From Myxococcota bacterium (GTDB lineage: Bacteria > Myxococcota_A > UBA9160 > UBA4427), in the NCBI GenBank assembly GCA_036336835.1, contig JAYZFK010000093.1, positions 1 through 64,000 of the forward strand: a DNA stretch of 64,000 nucleotides, written 5' to 3'. Shown here piece by piece: positions 18,185 through 27,173 of the stretch; position 1 is the first letter of the stretch; every line of letters begins with the position of its first letter. Both the position numbers and the translations under genes were made by a program. The notes beneath the pieces were generated by a model that worked only from the letters and a program-made list of their open reading frames with translations, searched no databases and was not told where the DNA came from.

Positions 18185-19543
18185 TTGGCATCCCTGAGAA
18201 GCGGTTCGGGCGCCCGCGCGATCGTCGTGGGCGCGGGCCTGGCCGGTCTGGCCGCGGCCTGGAGGCTTCGATCAGCCGGCTGCCAGGTCACCCTGCTCGA
18301 GCGCCGTGGGCGGCCCGGTGGACGGCTGCGCGGCGAGCGCGTCGAGGGATTCGACGTGGACGGCTCGTTGCAGGTGCTGCGCAGCAATGATCGCCATCTC
18401 CCCGGCTGGATCCGCGAGGTCGGCCTGGCGGACGAGCTGTTGCCGCTGCGACCCGTGACGCCGGCGATGCTGCACCGCGGCTCCGTGCGGACGACGGATT
18501 CGAGCAGTGTCTTGCGGATTGCCCGGACGACGGGCGTGCGCCTCCGCGAAGCGGCGCGGCTGGCGCGTCTGCCGCGGCTGATGCGTCGCTACCGGGCGAC
18601 GCTCGACCGCGACGCCCCGGAGCGCGCGGCGCGCTGGGACTTCCGCAGCGTCGCGGACTTCGCGCGACTCTACTTTGGCGACAGCGTTCTGGACTGCTTC
18701 GCAGGCCCGATCGCGACCAGCGCGTCCTGCGGTGACGCGAACGAGCTCTCGCGCGTTGCCTTCCTGCTCGAGTGGCTCGTCGAGGAGCACGGCCGCTTTG
18801 GTGTCGCGCGCCGCGGGCTCGCGGAGCTACCGCTGCAAGCTGGCGAGGCGCTCGGCGTTCGACTGCGCACGGGCGTGGCGGAAATCGCCGAGGCCCGCGC
18901 GGGGGGTCACATCGTTCGCTGCGAGGATGGGTCGCGGCTCGAGGCGGATCTCGTCGTCGTCGCGACCTCGGCGGGCGAGGCCCGGCGCCTTGCTGCCAGC
19001 CAGCTCTCGGGTGCCGAACGCGATTTCTTTGCCTCGATTCGGGTCGGTGCGGACGCGGTGCTGGTCGCAGCGCTCGATCGGCCGCCGACGGGCACGCCGC
19101 ACTTTGTCCGCGTGCCGGCGGCCGAGGGCGAGATCGTCGAAACGATCCTGGTCGAGCCCGGTGTCGCCGATGGGCGCGCACCGCTCGGCTACGGTCTGGC
19201 CACGCTCACCGGCAACCAGGCCTTCTGCGAGTCGAGCCGCAGTGCCTCCGACGAGGTCGTCGGCAAGGAGCTTGCGAGCGCGCTCGAGCGACTCTACCCG
19301 ACGGTGGTCGGCACGATCCGCTTCAGCGCGCTGTACCGGCGCAAGGCCGCGATTCCGCGCTTCGAGGTCGGTGCCTATCGCGCGCTCGAGCGGTTCCGGC
19401 GGGTGCACGACGACCGGCGCTCGCTGGGACGGCGCCTGTACTTCGCGGGCGACTACCTGGCGGGCCTGTCTGCGGATCAGGTGGTCGGAAGCGGCTTCCG
19501 GGCCGCGCGCGACGCCCTCGCCGACCTGGATCCGACAGGTTAG
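18185..19543 (+). CDS. FAD-dependent oxidoreductase, protoporphyrinogen-oxidase/amine-oxidase-like
   Basis: IVVGAGLAGLAAA Rossmann motif, LLE...PGGR, C-terminal FAGDY...SG. Confidence 0.82.
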   Translation: MASLRSGSGARAIVVGAGLAGLAAAWRLRSAGCQVTLLERRGRPGGRLRGERVEGFDVDGSLQVLRSNDRHLPGWIREVGLADELLPLRPVTPAMLHRGSVRTTDSSSVLRIARTTGVRLREAARLARLPRLMRRYRATLDRDAPERAARWDFRSVADFARLYFGDSVLDCFAGPIATSASCGDANELSRVAFLLEWLVEEHGRFGVARRGLAELPLQAGEALGVRLRTGVAEIAEARAGGHIVRCEDGSRLEADLVVVATSAGEARRLAASQLSGAERDFFASIRVGADAVLVAALDRPPTGTPHFVRVPAAEGEIVETILVEPGVADGRAPLGYGLATLTGNQAFCESSRSASDEVVGKELASALERLYPTVVGTIRFSALYRRKAAIPRFEVGAYRALERFRRVHDDRRSLGRRLYFAGDYLAGLSADQVVGSGFRAARDALADLDPTG

Positions 19544-19602
19544 GAGCCTGTCCGGGAACTCGCGCGCGGCGCGTGGGTCTTGGGCCGGAGGCCTGGCCGC
19601 GC

Positions 19603-22056
19603 TCACACCAGCTCCGCTTCGGTCAGTCCTTCGCCGCCCTGCGCGGGATCGCCCGAGCGGACGTCCTTTACGAGTGGCGAGCTCGCCAGGTGCTCGCGCA
19701 CTGCGCTGCGCAGCGCGCCCGTGCCGATGCCGTGCACGACGCGAATGGCGTCGCGCGATTCGGCGGCAGCGCGATCGAGCAGCTCACTCAGACGATCGAG
19801 GGCCTCGTGCACGCGCATGCCGCGCAGGTCGCACTCGAGCCAACCACCGAGTGCCGCGTCGTCGCAACCGGGGGCGTCCTCGGCGCGCAGGAGCTGGACG
19901 CGAGGCGAGGTGGGCTCGGCTGCAGCCGGAGACGGGACCGCGCGGACCTGATCCGCCGCCAGCACGAGCCGCGCACTGCCGGCGCTCACGACGACCTTGC
20001 CGCGCCGGTCCGGCAGCATCTCGAGTGTGGCGGGCTGGGAGCCGCGTACGAGCACCGCGTCACCGGGGCGTGCACGTCTCCAGTCGACCTCGCTTCCCGG
20101 GCTCGGAGAGGGCTCGGGAGGGGTCGCGATCCCAAGATCGCTCGCGGCGGTCTGCGCGCGCTGCTCCAGCGACTGGAGCCGCTCGCGGGCGTGCGCGGCG
20201 CCCTGGGCGCTTCCGCTCCGCTGCAAGTCGCGGATCACGGCGGCCACCTGTGTGTGGGCGTCGTGGAAGGCGCGGTCGAGGTCGTCGCGCATCGCGCGGA
20301 AGAGCTCGTCGCGTCGGTGTTGCAGGCGCTCGAGCTTGGCGCGGTACTCGTCGCGCGTGGCCTCGCTCTGGGCGCGCAGTCGCACGGTCTCGCGCTGCTC
20401 GCGCTCGAGTGCCGAGCGATTGGCGGCAAGCTCCGACAGCATGCGATCGAGCTGGCGATCCTCGCGGTCGAGCAGGGCGTTCGCTCGCTCGAGGACCGCG
20501 GCCGGCATGCCCATGCGCGCGGCGACAGCAGTTGCCGAGGACGCGCCGGCCGCGCCGAGCCGCAGTCGGTAGGTGGGTGCCAGCGTCTCCGCCTCGAACT
20601 CGACACTGGCGTTGCGGAAGCGCGAATCGACCTCGGCCATCTCCTTGAGCAGGTTGTAGTGGGTGGTGGTGACGACGCGGGCGCCGGCGTCGGCCAGCCT
20701 CTCCAGCACGGATTGCGCGATTGCTGCGCCCTCGCTCGGATCGGTTCCGACCCCGATCTCGTCGAGCACGACCAGCGAGCGCGGCGTCGCCTCGCGCACC
20801 ACGGTGGCGAGATTTGCGAGATGGGCGGAGAAGGTCGAGAGGTTCTGACGGATATCCTGCTCGTCGCCGATATCGGCAAGCAGAGCGTCGATCAGCCCGA
20901 CTCGCGCCCCCGCCGCTGCCGACACGTGGAGCCCGGCCCTCACGCACAACGCGGCGAGGGCGAGTGCCTTCAGGGCCACCGTCTTGCCGCCGGCATTCGG
21001 GCCCGAGATCACCAGCACGTTGAAGTCACGCCCGAGCTCGACGTCGCTGGGGACGGCCTCGGCCACGGGGATCAGCGGGTGGCGCAGCGCGCGGAGCTCG
21101 AAGCGACCGCTCTCGTCGATCTCGGGCGGCGTCGCGTCCATCGCCTGCGACAGGTGGCCGCGCGCGAACGCGAGATCGATCCGGATCAGCACTGCGAGCG
21201 AGGCGCGCACGCTGGGTAGTACGAGCGCAAGCTCGTGCGTCAGCGAGCGAAGCACGCGCTCGGTCTCGCGGGCGACGTCGAGCTCCGCCTGCTTCAGTCG
21301 GTTGTTGAGGCCGACTACGCCCTCGGGCTCGATGAAGACGGTGCTGCCTGAGTTCGAGGCGTCGTGGATGATGCCTCGTACGCGCCCGCGCCGGTCCGAT
21401 CGTACTGGCAAGACGTAGCGGTCGTTGCGCACCGTCACGAACTCGTCGGACAGGGCCTCGCGCACGTCGTCATTGCGCAGCATGCGCTCGAGTCGCTGCC
21501 GTAGCTCGCTCGCGAGCCGGGTCGACAGCGCGCGCGCCTCGCCCAGCGACGGCGAGGCCTGGTCGCGAACCTCTCCCGACGGGTCGATGCAGCGCTCGAT
21601 CCCGCGCGCGAGCTCGCCGTGGTCGCCGATCGCGTCCGCGAGATCAGCCAGTCTGGGCGCCTCGCCCGCGGTACCTGACAGCTGTGCGCCCGCGGCGTCG
21701 AGGGCCGCGAGAACCGAGCCTACGTCGCGCAGCTGGTCGCCAGTCAGCGCGCCGCCCGTCGCGGCGCGCACGAAGGCGGTCTCCAGCTCGCGGTCGATTC
21801 CGCCGAGGCCCGGTGCCTTGCCGGCGTCGATCAGGCTGCGAGCTTCGGTCGTTTCCGTTAGTCGCTCGCGCACGGCGCTCGCGCTCTGCCCGAAGATCGC
21901 AAGGTTTCCGTCGGATGCGATCAGCTGTGCGCGCGCCTGCGGTGTTCGGCACTGATCGGCCCACAGTGCCTGGAGCTGTGGCCATTCCAGACGTTCCAGT
22001 GTCTTTTGCTCGACCGAGAATCTCACTTGCGACTTCCTTGCCTCTCTCGTGCGCAC
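19603..22056 (-). CDS. mutS2: MutS2 endonuclease with Smr domain
   Basis: GIIHDASNSGSTVFIEP, SGPNAGGKT, STFSAH, LDEIGVGTDPSEG, Smr DLRG...HGIGTGAL; true start may be GTG 22026. Confidence 0.95.
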   Translation of the reverse strand: MRTREARKSQVRFSVEQKTLERLEWPQLQALWADQCRTPQARAQLIASDGNLAIFGQSASAVRERLTETTEARSLIDAGKAPGLGGIDRELETAFVRAATGGALTGDQLRDVGSVLAALDAAGAQLSGTAGEAPRLADLADAIGDHGELARGIERCIDPSGEVRDQASPSLGEARALSTRLASELRQRLERMLRNDDVREALSDEFVTVRNDRYVLPVRSDRRGRVRGIIHDASNSGSTVFIEPEGVVGLNNRLKQAELDVARETERVLRSLTHELALVLPSVRASLAVLIRIDLAFARGHLSQAMDATPPEIDESGRFELRALRHPLIPVAEAVPSDVELGRDFNVLVISGPNAGGKTVALKALALAALCVRAGLHVSAAAGARVGLIDALLADIGDEQDIRQNLSTFSAHLANLATVVREATPRSLVVLDEIGVGTDPSEGAAIAQSVLERLADAGARVVTTTHYNLLKEMAEVDSRFRNASVEFEAETLAPTYRLRLGAAGASSATAVAARMGMPAAVLERANALLDREDRQLDRMLSELAANRSALEREQRETVRLRAQSEATRDEYRAKLERLQHRRDELFRAMRDDLDRAFHDAHTQVAAVIRDLQRSGSAQGAAHARERLQSLEQRAQTAASDLGIATPPEPSPSPGSEVDWRRARPGDAVLVRGSQPATLEMLPDRRGKVVVSAGSARLVLAADQVRAVPSPAAAEPTSPRVQLLRAEDAPGCDDAALGGWLECDLRGMRVHEALDRLSELLDRAAAESRDAIRVVHGIGTGALRSAVREHLASSPLVKDVRSGDPAQGGEGLTEAELV

Positions 22057-22100
22057 CTTCTGCGATTGACTAACGAATCCGTTCGGGCGAAGCTCGTAAT

Positions 22101-22991
22101 ATGTCGCGTCGAGCTCTTCGATCGGCCGAATCGATGCCGGGACAGTCGCTCACAGAGGAGATCCTCGAGTCTGCGCGCCATCTCGATCAGCTCAGTGTAG
22201 GCGACTCGCTAGGTCTGATTCACCGCGAGGACGGCGAGGCCTGGAAGGCCGTCGGCCAGCAGATCCCGCGCATCGCGGAGGCGGTCGACGTTCTGGTCTG
22301 CAGCGTTGGCGGCGGCGGTCGTTGGTTCAACGTCGGCGCGGGAACCAGCGGCCGGCTCGGTGTGCTCGACGCCTCCGAGATTCCGCCCACCTTCGGCATG
22401 TCGCCTCACGTCGTGCAGGGTGTGATCGCCGGTGGCGAGCCGGCCCTGCGCAGCGCGATCGAGGGAGCCGAGGACGACGGCGAGGCCGCCAAGCACGAAC
22501 TCCAGAGACGTGGTCTGACGCTAGGCGATGCCGTGATCGGGATCTCCGCCAGTGGAACGACGCCGTTCGCGATCGCCGGGATCGAAGCGGCCCACGAGGT
22601 GGGTGCACGCTCGATCGCAATCACCTGTGTGCCCGAGTCTCCGCTCGCCGAGTCGGCCGAGATCGCCATCGTCCCGCTCACCGGTCCCGAGGTGGTGACG
22701 GGTTCGACCCGCATGAAGGCGGGTATCGCCCAGAAGATGATCCTGCACATGCTCTCGACCGCTGTCATGGTTCAGCTCGGCCGGGTCGAGGGGAGCCTGA
22801 TGACCCACATCTCCCCGGTGTCGCGGAAGCTCCGAAACCGCTCCCTGCGAATCCTGATGACTCTCTCGAGCCTACCGCTCGAAGCCGCCCGGCTCCTGCT
22901 CGCACATCACGACGGTGATCTCGCTGCCGCCCTCGCCGAGGTGCGCAAGGGCGACCCGCAGGGTCCGTCGGGAGGATCCGGGGCCGGATGA
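22101..22991 (+). CDS. murQ: N-acetylmuramic acid 6-phosphate etherase
   Basis: GAGTSGRLGVLDASEIPPTF, EGAED, GISASGTTP and GPEVVTGSTRMKAG motifs; start may be ATG 22134. Confidence 0.92.
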   Translation: MSRRALRSAESMPGQSLTEEILESARHLDQLSVGDSLGLIHREDGEAWKAVGQQIPRIAEAVDVLVCSVGGGGRWFNVGAGTSGRLGVLDASEIPPTFGMSPHVVQGVIAGGEPALRSAIEGAEDDGEAAKHELQRRGLTLGDAVIGISASGTTPFAIAGIEAAHEVGARSIAITCVPESPLAESAEIAIVPLTGPEVVTGSTRMKAGIAQKMILHMLSTAVMVQLGRVEGSLMTHISPVSRKLRNRSLRILMTLSSLPLEAARLLLAHHDGDLAAALAEVRKGDPQGPSGGSGAG

Positions 22992-23021
22992 CCGAACGCA
23001 CCGGTCGTAGCTGCTGATCGG

Positions 23022-24122
23022 CTACTCGATGCCGTAGACGCGGGCGGCGTTTTCGTAGGTGATCTTGCGTACCGCTTCCTCGCCCAGTTGGATCAGCGGG
23101 CTCTCCTCGATCGCCTTGCGGGACTCGGGCCAGGTACTGTCGCCGTGCGGATAGTCGGATGCCCACATCACGCTGTCGAAGCCGATTCGGGGCAGACACT
23201 CGACGCCGAACTCCTCGTCTTCGTAGGTGACGAGCACCTGCCTGCGGAAGATCTCGCTCGGAAGCATCTCGAGGCGATGGTCCAGACACTTGTCGCCGTA
23301 CTTGTGAAGCTCGTGGTCTAGGCGTTCGAGCACGTAAGGGATCCAACCGAGGCCGGCTTCGCCCAGTACGAACTTGACGTTGGGCCGTTTCTCGAGGATG
23401 CCGGAGAAGATCATGCCCGCAAGCAGCTCGTCGAGCTGCATCGGGATCACCGCGACCATCGCTGGGAAGCGCCACGAGTTGGGCCGCGCTTGGAGGCTGT
23501 GCAGGCCGCCTCCGAGGTGGACGTGGATGGGCGTCGCGGTCTCTTCGGCGATGTCCCAGAAGCGCAGCCAGCTGTCCTCGAAGATGGCGTCGACCCCGCG
23601 AGCCTTGGTGTCCGCAGTCCCGCTGATGATCGCGCCGCGGTGCCCGAGTTCGATACAGCGCAGCAGCTCTTCGCTGGCCGCCTGCGGATCCTGCGACGGG
23701 ATATCCGGCAGCGCGATCAAGCGGTTGCGGTCGTGCTGATTGAAGTCCGCTGCCCAGTCGTTGTACGCCTTCAAGCAGGCGTTCTTGAGCTCGGCGTCGT
23801 CGATGGTGAGCGCGGTCGTGGTCGGCGAGTAGATCACGTGCGAGTAGACCCCGTCGCGGTCCATGTCCTTGAGCCGTTCCTCCGGTTGGCTCGGCCGGAA
23901 GCCGAAGTCGCCCGCGGACAGCAGCCCCGCGCTCTTGCGACCGTAGGGCGTGAAGGTTCGACCCTCTGCCTGCCAGTACTCGCCGTCGTCGGTATCGACC
24001 ACGCGCGGCCCGCGCTCGCGCAGCCCTGCGGGCAGCCGCGTCTCCCACAGCTCGCGCGGCAGCACGTAGAGATCCATGTGGTCGTCGGCGGAAATGATCT
24101 TCTGGTCGGACAGCAGGGACAC
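23022..24122 (-). CDS. amidohydrolase-2 family protein
   Basis: ISADDH, RLKDMDRDG, YNDW, PIHVH, E.G.GWIP and WASDYPH motifs; AAGGAGA SD. Confidence 0.9.
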   Translation of the reverse strand: MSLLSDQKIISADDHMDLYVLPRELWETRLPAGLRERGPRVVDTDDGEYWQAEGRTFTPYGRKSAGLLSAGDFGFRPSQPEERLKDMDRDGVYSHVIYSPTTTALTIDDAELKNACLKAYNDWAADFNQHDRNRLIALPDIPSQDPQAASEELLRCIELGHRGAIISGTADTKARGVDAIFEDSWLRFWDIAEETATPIHVHLGGGLHSLQARPNSWRFPAMVAVIPMQLDELLAGMIFSGILEKRPNVKFVLGEAGLGWIPYVLERLDHELHKYGDKCLDHRLEMLPSEIFRRQVLVTYEDEEFGVECLPRIGFDSVMWASDYPHGDSTWPESRKAIEESPLIQLGEEAVRKITYENAARVYGIE

Positions 24123-24180
24123 GGGTGTTCTCCTTGGGGTGGGGCGGATGATACTCGAACCGCGCCGCTCGACTCTAGCG

Positions 24181-25350
24181 TCAGATCGCCCGCTCGCCCG
24201 TGATGTGTTCGCCGAGGATCAGGGTGTGGACGTCGTGCGTTCCCTCGTACGTTCGGACCGTCTCCAGGTTCAGCATGTGTCGCATCGACTGGTAGTCGTC
24301 GACGATCCCGTTGGCGCCGAGCAGGTCGCGGGCCTCGCGCGCGACGCCAAGCGCGATATCCACGTTGTTGCGCTTGATCATCGAGACCATCGTGTGGTGC
24401 AGGTCGCCCGCGTCCTTGATGCGGCCGACGTGGAGCGCGAGCAGCTGGCCCTTGGTGATCTCCGTCAGCATGTCGACGAGCTTCGCCTGCGTCAGCTGCT
24501 TGCCCGCGAGTGGCCCATTCTGGACGATGCGCTCCTTCGAGTACTGCAGTGCCTCGTCGTAGCAGGCCATGGCGGCACCGAGCGCGCCCCAGGCGATCCC
24601 GTACCGCGCCTGGTTGAGACACGACAGTGGCGCGCCCACGCCCGTCGCACCGGGCAGTCGGTTCGTCTCGGGCACCTCGACGTCGCGCAGGAACAGCTCG
24701 CTGGTGACCGAGCCGCGCAGCGAGAACTTGCCCTTGATGTCGCGCGCCTCGAATCCCGGGCGGTCGGGCTCGACCACGAACCCGTTCACGCCTTCGTCGG
24801 TCTTCGCCCAGATGATCGCGAGCTGCGCGAGGCTGCCGTTGGTGATCCAGCGTTTCGTGCCGTTGAGTAGCCAGCTGTCGCCGCGCTTCTCGGCGCTCGT
24901 GCGCATGCCGGTCACGAAGCTGCCGAAGTCGGGCTCGGTCAGGCCGAAGCAGCCGATCAGCTCGCCGGTCGCCATGGCCGGGAGCCAGCGCTCTCGCTGC
25001 TCCTGCGAGCCGTAGGTGCGGATCGGGAACATGCAGAGCGATCCCTGTACGGAGGCGAATGACCGCAGTCCCGAGTCGCCGCGCTCGAGCTCCTGCATCA
25101 TCAGTCCGTAGGCGACGTTGTTCATACCGGCGCAGCCGTAGCCCTCGAGGTTCGCGCCGAACATGCCGAGCGCGGCCATCTGCGGGACGAGCTCCAGCGG
25201 AAACGAGCCGTCCTGGCGGACGTGCTCCTGGATGCGCGGCAGGAACTCGCCGGTCACCCAGTCGCGCGTCGACTTGCGGACGAGCTGCTCCTCGTCGCTG
25301 AAGCTCGTGGCGTCGAGCTGCAGGAAATCAGGAGCGGTGAAGTCGGGCAT
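24181..25350 (-). CDS. gcdH: acyl-CoA dehydrogenase, glutaryl-CoA dehydrogenase-like
   Basis: ELERGDSGLRSFASVQGSL, GCFGLTEPDFGS, WITNG, ARYGIAWG and TYEGTHDVH motifs. Confidence 0.88.
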   Translation of the reverse strand: MPDFTAPDFLQLDATSFSDEEQLVRKSTRDWVTGEFLPRIQEHVRQDGSFPLELVPQMAALGMFGANLEGYGCAGMNNVAYGLMMQELERGDSGLRSFASVQGSLCMFPIRTYGSQEQRERWLPAMATGELIGCFGLTEPDFGSFVTGMRTSAEKRGDSWLLNGTKRWITNGSLAQLAIIWAKTDEGVNGFVVEPDRPGFEARDIKGKFSLRGSVTSELFLRDVEVPETNRLPGATGVGAPLSCLNQARYGIAWGALGAAMACYDEALQYSKERIVQNGPLAGKQLTQAKLVDMLTEITKGQLLALHVGRIKDAGDLHHTMVSMIKRNNVDIALGVAREARDLLGANGIVDDYQSMRHMLNLETVRTYEGTHDVHTLILGEHITGERAI

Positions 25351-25491
25351 GTGCGCTCCAGGGCGAAGGGACGAGCCTGCGCAGGGTAGCCCTCCGAGAC
25401 CGGAACGAGTCGAGACTGGGAAGGACCCGTGGCAGCGAGAGGCCCGATGGCAGCGCCATCGGGCCTCTCGCTGCGTCTTCTACCCCGGCGT

Positions 25492-25938
25492 CTACTGGAG
25501 AGTCGTCGGGCTCGGCGGCTCGGGTCGGGCGTCGTGAGCCTCTTCGAGTGCCTTCAGCTTCTTGTTGAGCTGGTTGAGCTTGCGCTGGAGCTTCTTTACG
25601 TCGGCGGCGGTGGCGATCTGGAAGGTTCCCAGCACCTCGTCGATCCGGCTCTCCATTCGCTTGGTCGTGTCCTGGCGCAGCTTGCGGGCGCGCTTGACGA
25701 ATTCGCTGTCCTGGATGTCGCGCTCGAGATCGTTCTGGAACTTCTCGGCGCGCTTCACCAGATCGCTGCGGCGAAGATCCTTCTGGAGCTTGCCCACCCG
25801 CTCGCGCGCGTCCTTCTCGAACGACTTGCGCTGCTTGGCGAGGCGCTTCTGAAAGGACTCGATCTCGTCGCGCATCGACTCGAACGTCTCCTGCAGACGG
25901 TCGTAGCTCTCTTCGATGATGTTGGTCTGCTCGGCCAT
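25492..25938 (-). CDS. phasin-like coiled-coil protein (PHA/lipid granule-associated family)
   Basis: Helical E/K/R-rich protein ending IATAADVKKLQRKLNQLNKKL; strong GAGGAGG SD before ATG 25938. Confidence 0.7.
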   Translation of the reverse strand: MAEQTNIIEESYDRLQETFESMRDEIESFQKRLAKQRKSFEKDARERVGKLQKDLRRSDLVKRAEKFQNDLERDIQDSEFVKRARKLRQDTTKRMESRIDEVLGTFQIATAADVKKLQRKLNQLNKKLKALEEAHDARPEPPSPTTLQ

Positions 25939-26003
25939 GCTGGCTTCCTCCTCGCGGGCGGACTGCTCCGCGGGCTCCGGGCGGTTCGATTCGGTCGCGA
26001 GCA

Positions 26004-26113
26004 ATCTTAACGCCTCGCGTTATAATGTCAACGCGAAGCGTCAAAATAGATTTTATCTATAGTTTTTAATGAGTTATTAGATGAGTTGCCGGTCAATATA
26101 ACGCGTTGCGTCG
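26004..26113 (-). promoter_or_regulatory. AT-rich promoter region of the phasin-like gene with repeated palindromic sites
   Basis: Minus strand TTGACA(26031-26026)-N16-TAAGAT(26009-26004); three AACGC-N3-GCGT sites and ATAGAT-N3-ATCTAT. Confidence 0.7.
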
Positions 26114-26146
26114 GCGGTGGGCGTGCCGCCCTGCGTCGTACCGCGC

Positions 26147-27160
26147 CTACCAGCGCACCACGGCGCTGCCCCAGGAGAAGCCCGAGCCAAAGCCGGTCAG
26201 GGAGACCAGCTGGCCGCGCGCCAGCCGCCCGCCCCGCGTCGCCTCGGCCAGCAGCGCGGGGATCGAAGCCGCCGAGCAGTTGCCGTAGCGCTGGATGTTG
26301 TTGAAGGTCCGCTGCTCGGGGATCTGGAGCGCGCCGGCCACGTACTCGTTGATCCGCAGGTTGGCCTGGTGGAAGAGGAACAGGTCGACGTCCTCGAGCT
26401 TGACCCCCGCCTCCGAGAGCACCTGCTGCAGCACCTCGGGCATGCGCCGCACCGCGTGCTTGAACACGAAGCGACCCTCCATGTGCGGCCAGTGCTGGCC
26501 GGCGTCGAGCATCTCGTGGGTGATGCGGGGTGTGACGCCCGAGGCCGGCGCCTCGACGCACAGCCGCATGGCGTGCTCGCCTTGCGCGCCCAGTCGTACG
26601 CCCAGGATCTCGCCCGGGTCGCTCGGGTCCCGGTTCGCCTCGACCACGACGGCACCGGCGCCGTCGCCGAAGATTACGCTCACGTCGCGGCCCTGCGTCG
26701 ACAAGTCGAGGCCCGTCGAGTGCACTTCGGCGCCCACCACCAGCACCCGCTCGTAGCGCCCGGCCTGGACCAGGCTGTCGGCGAACGAGAGCGCGTAGAG
26801 GAAGCCCGTGCACTGCGCGTGCAGATCGATGCACGGCGTCTCGGACAGGCCCAGACGCTCCTGCAAGAAGAACGACGTCCCCGGGAAGTGATGCTCGGGC
26901 GAGAGCGTCGCGAGCAGGATGCAGTCGAGATCGTCGGCCTCGAGCCCGGCGTCCTCGAGCGCCGCCAGCGAGGCGGCCTGGGCGAGATCGGCGGGCGTCT
27001 GCCCCTCCTCGATCCAGCGCCGCTCGCGGATGCCCGTGCGCTGCTGGATCCACTCGTCCGAGGTGTCCATCAGTTTGGCCAGATCCTCGTTGGTGACGAC
27101 CTTGCTCGGCACGTACATCCCCGTGCCGCTGATCCGGCTGCGCGTGATCTCTCGAGCCAT
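26147..27160 (-). CDS. fabH: 3-oxoacyl-ACP synthase III
   Basis: DTSDEWIQQRTGIRERR, Cys-His-Asn triad (AQCTGF, FHQAN, YGNC), FGDGAGA, FGSGFSWG. Confidence 0.95.
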   Translation of the reverse strand: MAREITRSRISGTGMYVPSKVVTNEDLAKLMDTSDEWIQQRTGIRERRWIEEGQTPADLAQAASLAALEDAGLEADDLDCILLATLSPEHHFPGTSFFLQERLGLSETPCIDLHAQCTGFLYALSFADSLVQAGRYERVLVVGAEVHSTGLDLSTQGRDVSVIFGDGAGAVVVEANRDPSDPGEILGVRLGAQGEHAMRLCVEAPASGVTPRITHEMLDAGQHWPHMEGRFVFKHAVRRMPEVLQQVLSEAGVKLEDVDLFLFHQANLRINEYVAGALQIPEQRTFNNIQRYGNCSAASIPALLAEATRGGRLARGQLVSLTGFGSGFSWGSAVVRW

Positions 27161-27173
27161 GCTTCGGTTCCCC

